From an uncultured virus (IMG/VR IMGVR_UViG_3300046367_000054) (Duplodnaviria; Heunggongvirae; Uroviricota; Caudoviricetes; Crassvirales), in the IMG/VR virus record IMGVR_UViG_3300046367_000054: DNA of 25,828 bases; one strand, given 5' to 3'. Both the position numbers and the translations under genes were made by a program. Positions within the stretch are counted from its first letter, which is position 1. The number at the start of each line of letters is the position of its first letter. The notes below the pieces were generated by a model. That model was not told the DNA's origin. It saw only the letters and a list, made by a program, of their open reading frames with translations, and ran no database searches. This document shows positions 24,252 through 25,828 of the stretch, one piece after another.

Positions 24252-24443
24252 ATGAGTAACAAGAGAAACACAAAAGAAACTGTTGCAGCAAGAGTTTGTA
24301 CAGTATCAGGTTTAACAAGACCAGAAACAGAGTTCTACAAAGGACAAAACCATTTAAAAGCTATTGATAACTTAAGAAGAAATTCAGGGGCTAGTAAAGA
24401 TCAAATTAGAAGAATGTTTAACAACCTACAATTAAATAACTAG
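24252..24443 (+). CDS. Hypothetical protein (63 aa)
   Basis: ORF track. Confidence 0.65.
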   Translation: MSNKRNTKETVAARVCTVSGLTRPETEFYKGQNHLKAIDNLRRNSGASKDQIRRMFNNLQLNN

Positions 24444-24508
24444 TATGTAAATGTAATATTCAATTAATTTGCGTAATTATAAAAGCATAACGATATAACA
24501 AATATATT

Positions 24509-25051
24509 ATGACTGAACAAGAACGCAAAGAAAAAAGAAGATTGTATATGAAAGAATATGCTGCTTCTTATAATAAAAAGTATTATTTAGAAAATAAAAA
24601 TAATATTAAAATATTACAAAAAGAATATTACAATAATAACAAAGAAAAAATAAGAGCACAACAAAATGAGTATTCAAAATTATATTGTAAAAATAATAGA
24701 AATAAATTAAATGAATACTCTAGAAATAGACGCCAACAAGATCCAATTCATAAAATGAAAAATATATTAAGAACAAGAATATATTATTTTTTAAAATCTA
24801 AAAGTTTTATTAAAAACAAAAAAACCGAAGATATAATAGGATGTTGTTATGATGATTTCAAAAAACATATTGAGGAATTGTTTGATGAAAATATGAATTG
24901 GGACAATCACGGCGAGTGGCATATAGATCATATAATACCATTAGATTCAGCTATTACTGATTGTGATATATTAAAACTTTGTAATTATAAAAATTTACAA
25001 CCATTGTGGGCAAAAGAAAATTTAAAAAAATCTAATAAAATTATTAATTAA
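24509..25051 (+). CDS. HNH-type (putative homing) endonuclease (180 aa)
   Basis: MNWDNHGEWHIDHIIP...NYKNLQPLW..ENLKK; N-terminal YY..NK repeats; visibly more AT-rich than its neighbours. Confidence 0.8.
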   Translation: MTEQERKEKRRLYMKEYAASYNKKYYLENKNNIKILQKEYYNNNKEKIRAQQNEYSKLYCKNNRNKLNEYSRNRRQQDPIHKMKNILRTRIYYFLKSKSFIKNKKTEDIIGCCYDDFKKHIEELFDENMNWDNHGEWHIDHIIPLDSAITDCDILKLCNYKNLQPLWAKENLKKSNKIIN

Positions 25052-25063
25052 AAACTAAAAAAA

Positions 25064-25378
25064 ATGGCTTCTATAATTAAAACGAGTATCAACTTAAATG
25101 ATATTCCAAAAGACAAAATCATTAATGGTAAAAAAGGAAAGTATTTACCAATCACAATTACAATCAATGATGAGGTTGACCAGTTTGGTAACCAAGGTCC
25201 TGTAATGGTTGAACAAACGAAAGAAGAACGCGATGCTAAAGTAGCTAAGGTTTATCTTGGAAATGTTAAGGTTGTATGGACTAACGGTACAAATGTTGGA
25301 GCTGCACCAAGACAAGATGCAGGAGCGCCAGCGCCACAACAAGCACCAGTAATGGTTGAAGATGATCTACCATTTTAA
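25064..25378 (+). CDS. Putative single-stranded DNA-binding protein (104 aa)
   Basis: Acidic DDLPF tail after a Pro/Ala/Gln linker; replication module context. Confidence 0.7.
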   Translation: MASIIKTSINLNDIPKDKIINGKKGKYLPITITINDEVDQFGNQGPVMVEQTKEERDAKVAKVYLGNVKVVWTNGTNVGAAPRQDAGAPAPQQAPVMVEDDLPF

Positions 25379-25425
25379 GGTTATAGCCTTAAAATAAAAT
25401 AAAAATTTAAGGTTATAGCCTTAAA
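25374..25425. repeat. Two identical 20-bp near-palindromes TTTAAGGTTATAGCCTTAAA
   Basis: Copies at 25374-25393 and 25406-25425. Confidence 0.85.
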
Positions 25426-25542
25426 AAAATTGTATTATTTATGATGCGTTATAATATTTTTTATATCTTAGCGCATCATATTTAGTGCAAAACAAGCTAA
25501 AATGTCCATAATATAAGACATTAACAAATTAAATTTTTTCCT

Positions 25543-25828
25543 ATGAATGTAGAGACAGTTGAAATTAACGGGTTTTTAATTGATGAATTCAATCAATATA
25601 AACTTGAAGAGGGTAAGACGCAAGGTATATGCCCTATATGTTCACCCGATAGAAAACCAAAGAATGAAAAAGCCAAATGCGCTAGCTATGATTGGCAACG
25701 CGGTATAGGAACCTGCCACAATTGTAATAAAACATTTCAACTACACACTTACCAACGCAAAGGTAAATCTGAAAAAGTATATGAGAAACCTGAACCGGTT
25801 GCTATACACGAAGTCAGTTCTAAAGTTG
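25543..25828 (+). CDS. Primase(-helicase) N-terminal Zn-binding domain, truncated by the window
   Basis: MNVETVEING...CPICS...KC...GTCHNC; follows SSB. Confidence 0.65.
   Translation, partial: MNVETVEINGFLIDEFNQYKLEEGKTQGICPICSPDRKPKNEKAKCASYDWQRGIGTCHNCNKTFQLHTYQRKGKSEKVYEKPEPVAIHEVSSKV

Noticed and set aside
11343..25342. Minus-strand ORFs in the right arm (11343, 12691, 16111, 21320, 21897, 22330, 22995, 25145)
   Set aside because: Antisense to tightly packed plus-strand genes or motif sites.
1..25828. Stop-codon reassignment
   Set aside because: Genes read through intact under the standard bacterial code, TAA, TAG and TGA all terminate genes, and no suppressor tRNA is present.

Overview
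AT-rich segment of a tailed dsDNA phage, most likely infecting Bacteroidota/Flavobacteria. This host call is an inference from A-rich leaders without Shine-Dalgarno sites, a TTTG/TAnnTTT-type promoter and the gene families present. Left arm (1-10.5 kb, minus strand): a truncated long tail-fibre-like gene with RAPIFYDxNNTGYYxDP repeats, two further virion-like proteins, a run of small Lys-rich SPxK-motif proteins, a HExxH peptidase-like protein, a groEL-groES pair and a tRNA(CAT). After a non-coding divergence region (10.5-10.9 kb) the right arm (plus strand) carries about 40 small accessory genes, a tRNA-Ile2-like gene, a tRNA-like element with an aberrant anticodon loop and a structured spacer between the two. 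It continues with Gp88-like, DenV-like and HTH proteins, then thioredoxin, sigma factor, ERF recombinase, PD-(D/E)XK exonuclease, HNH endonuclease, SSB and the start of a primase-helicase. The most striking signals are three DNA-level motif systems, all seen only from 10.5 kb rightwards: (1) 12 copies of a fixed-spacing 42-bp element TACA-N8-ACGA-N9-GATAATA-N4-TGTAA heading small-gene cassettes; (2) 4 copies of a 44-45-bp quasi-palindromic site, one inverted and covering the start codon of an HTH protein; (3) 15 copies of TGCTATACRY, embedded in genes in two reading frames and strongly polarised. All calls were made by eye, with no database searches.
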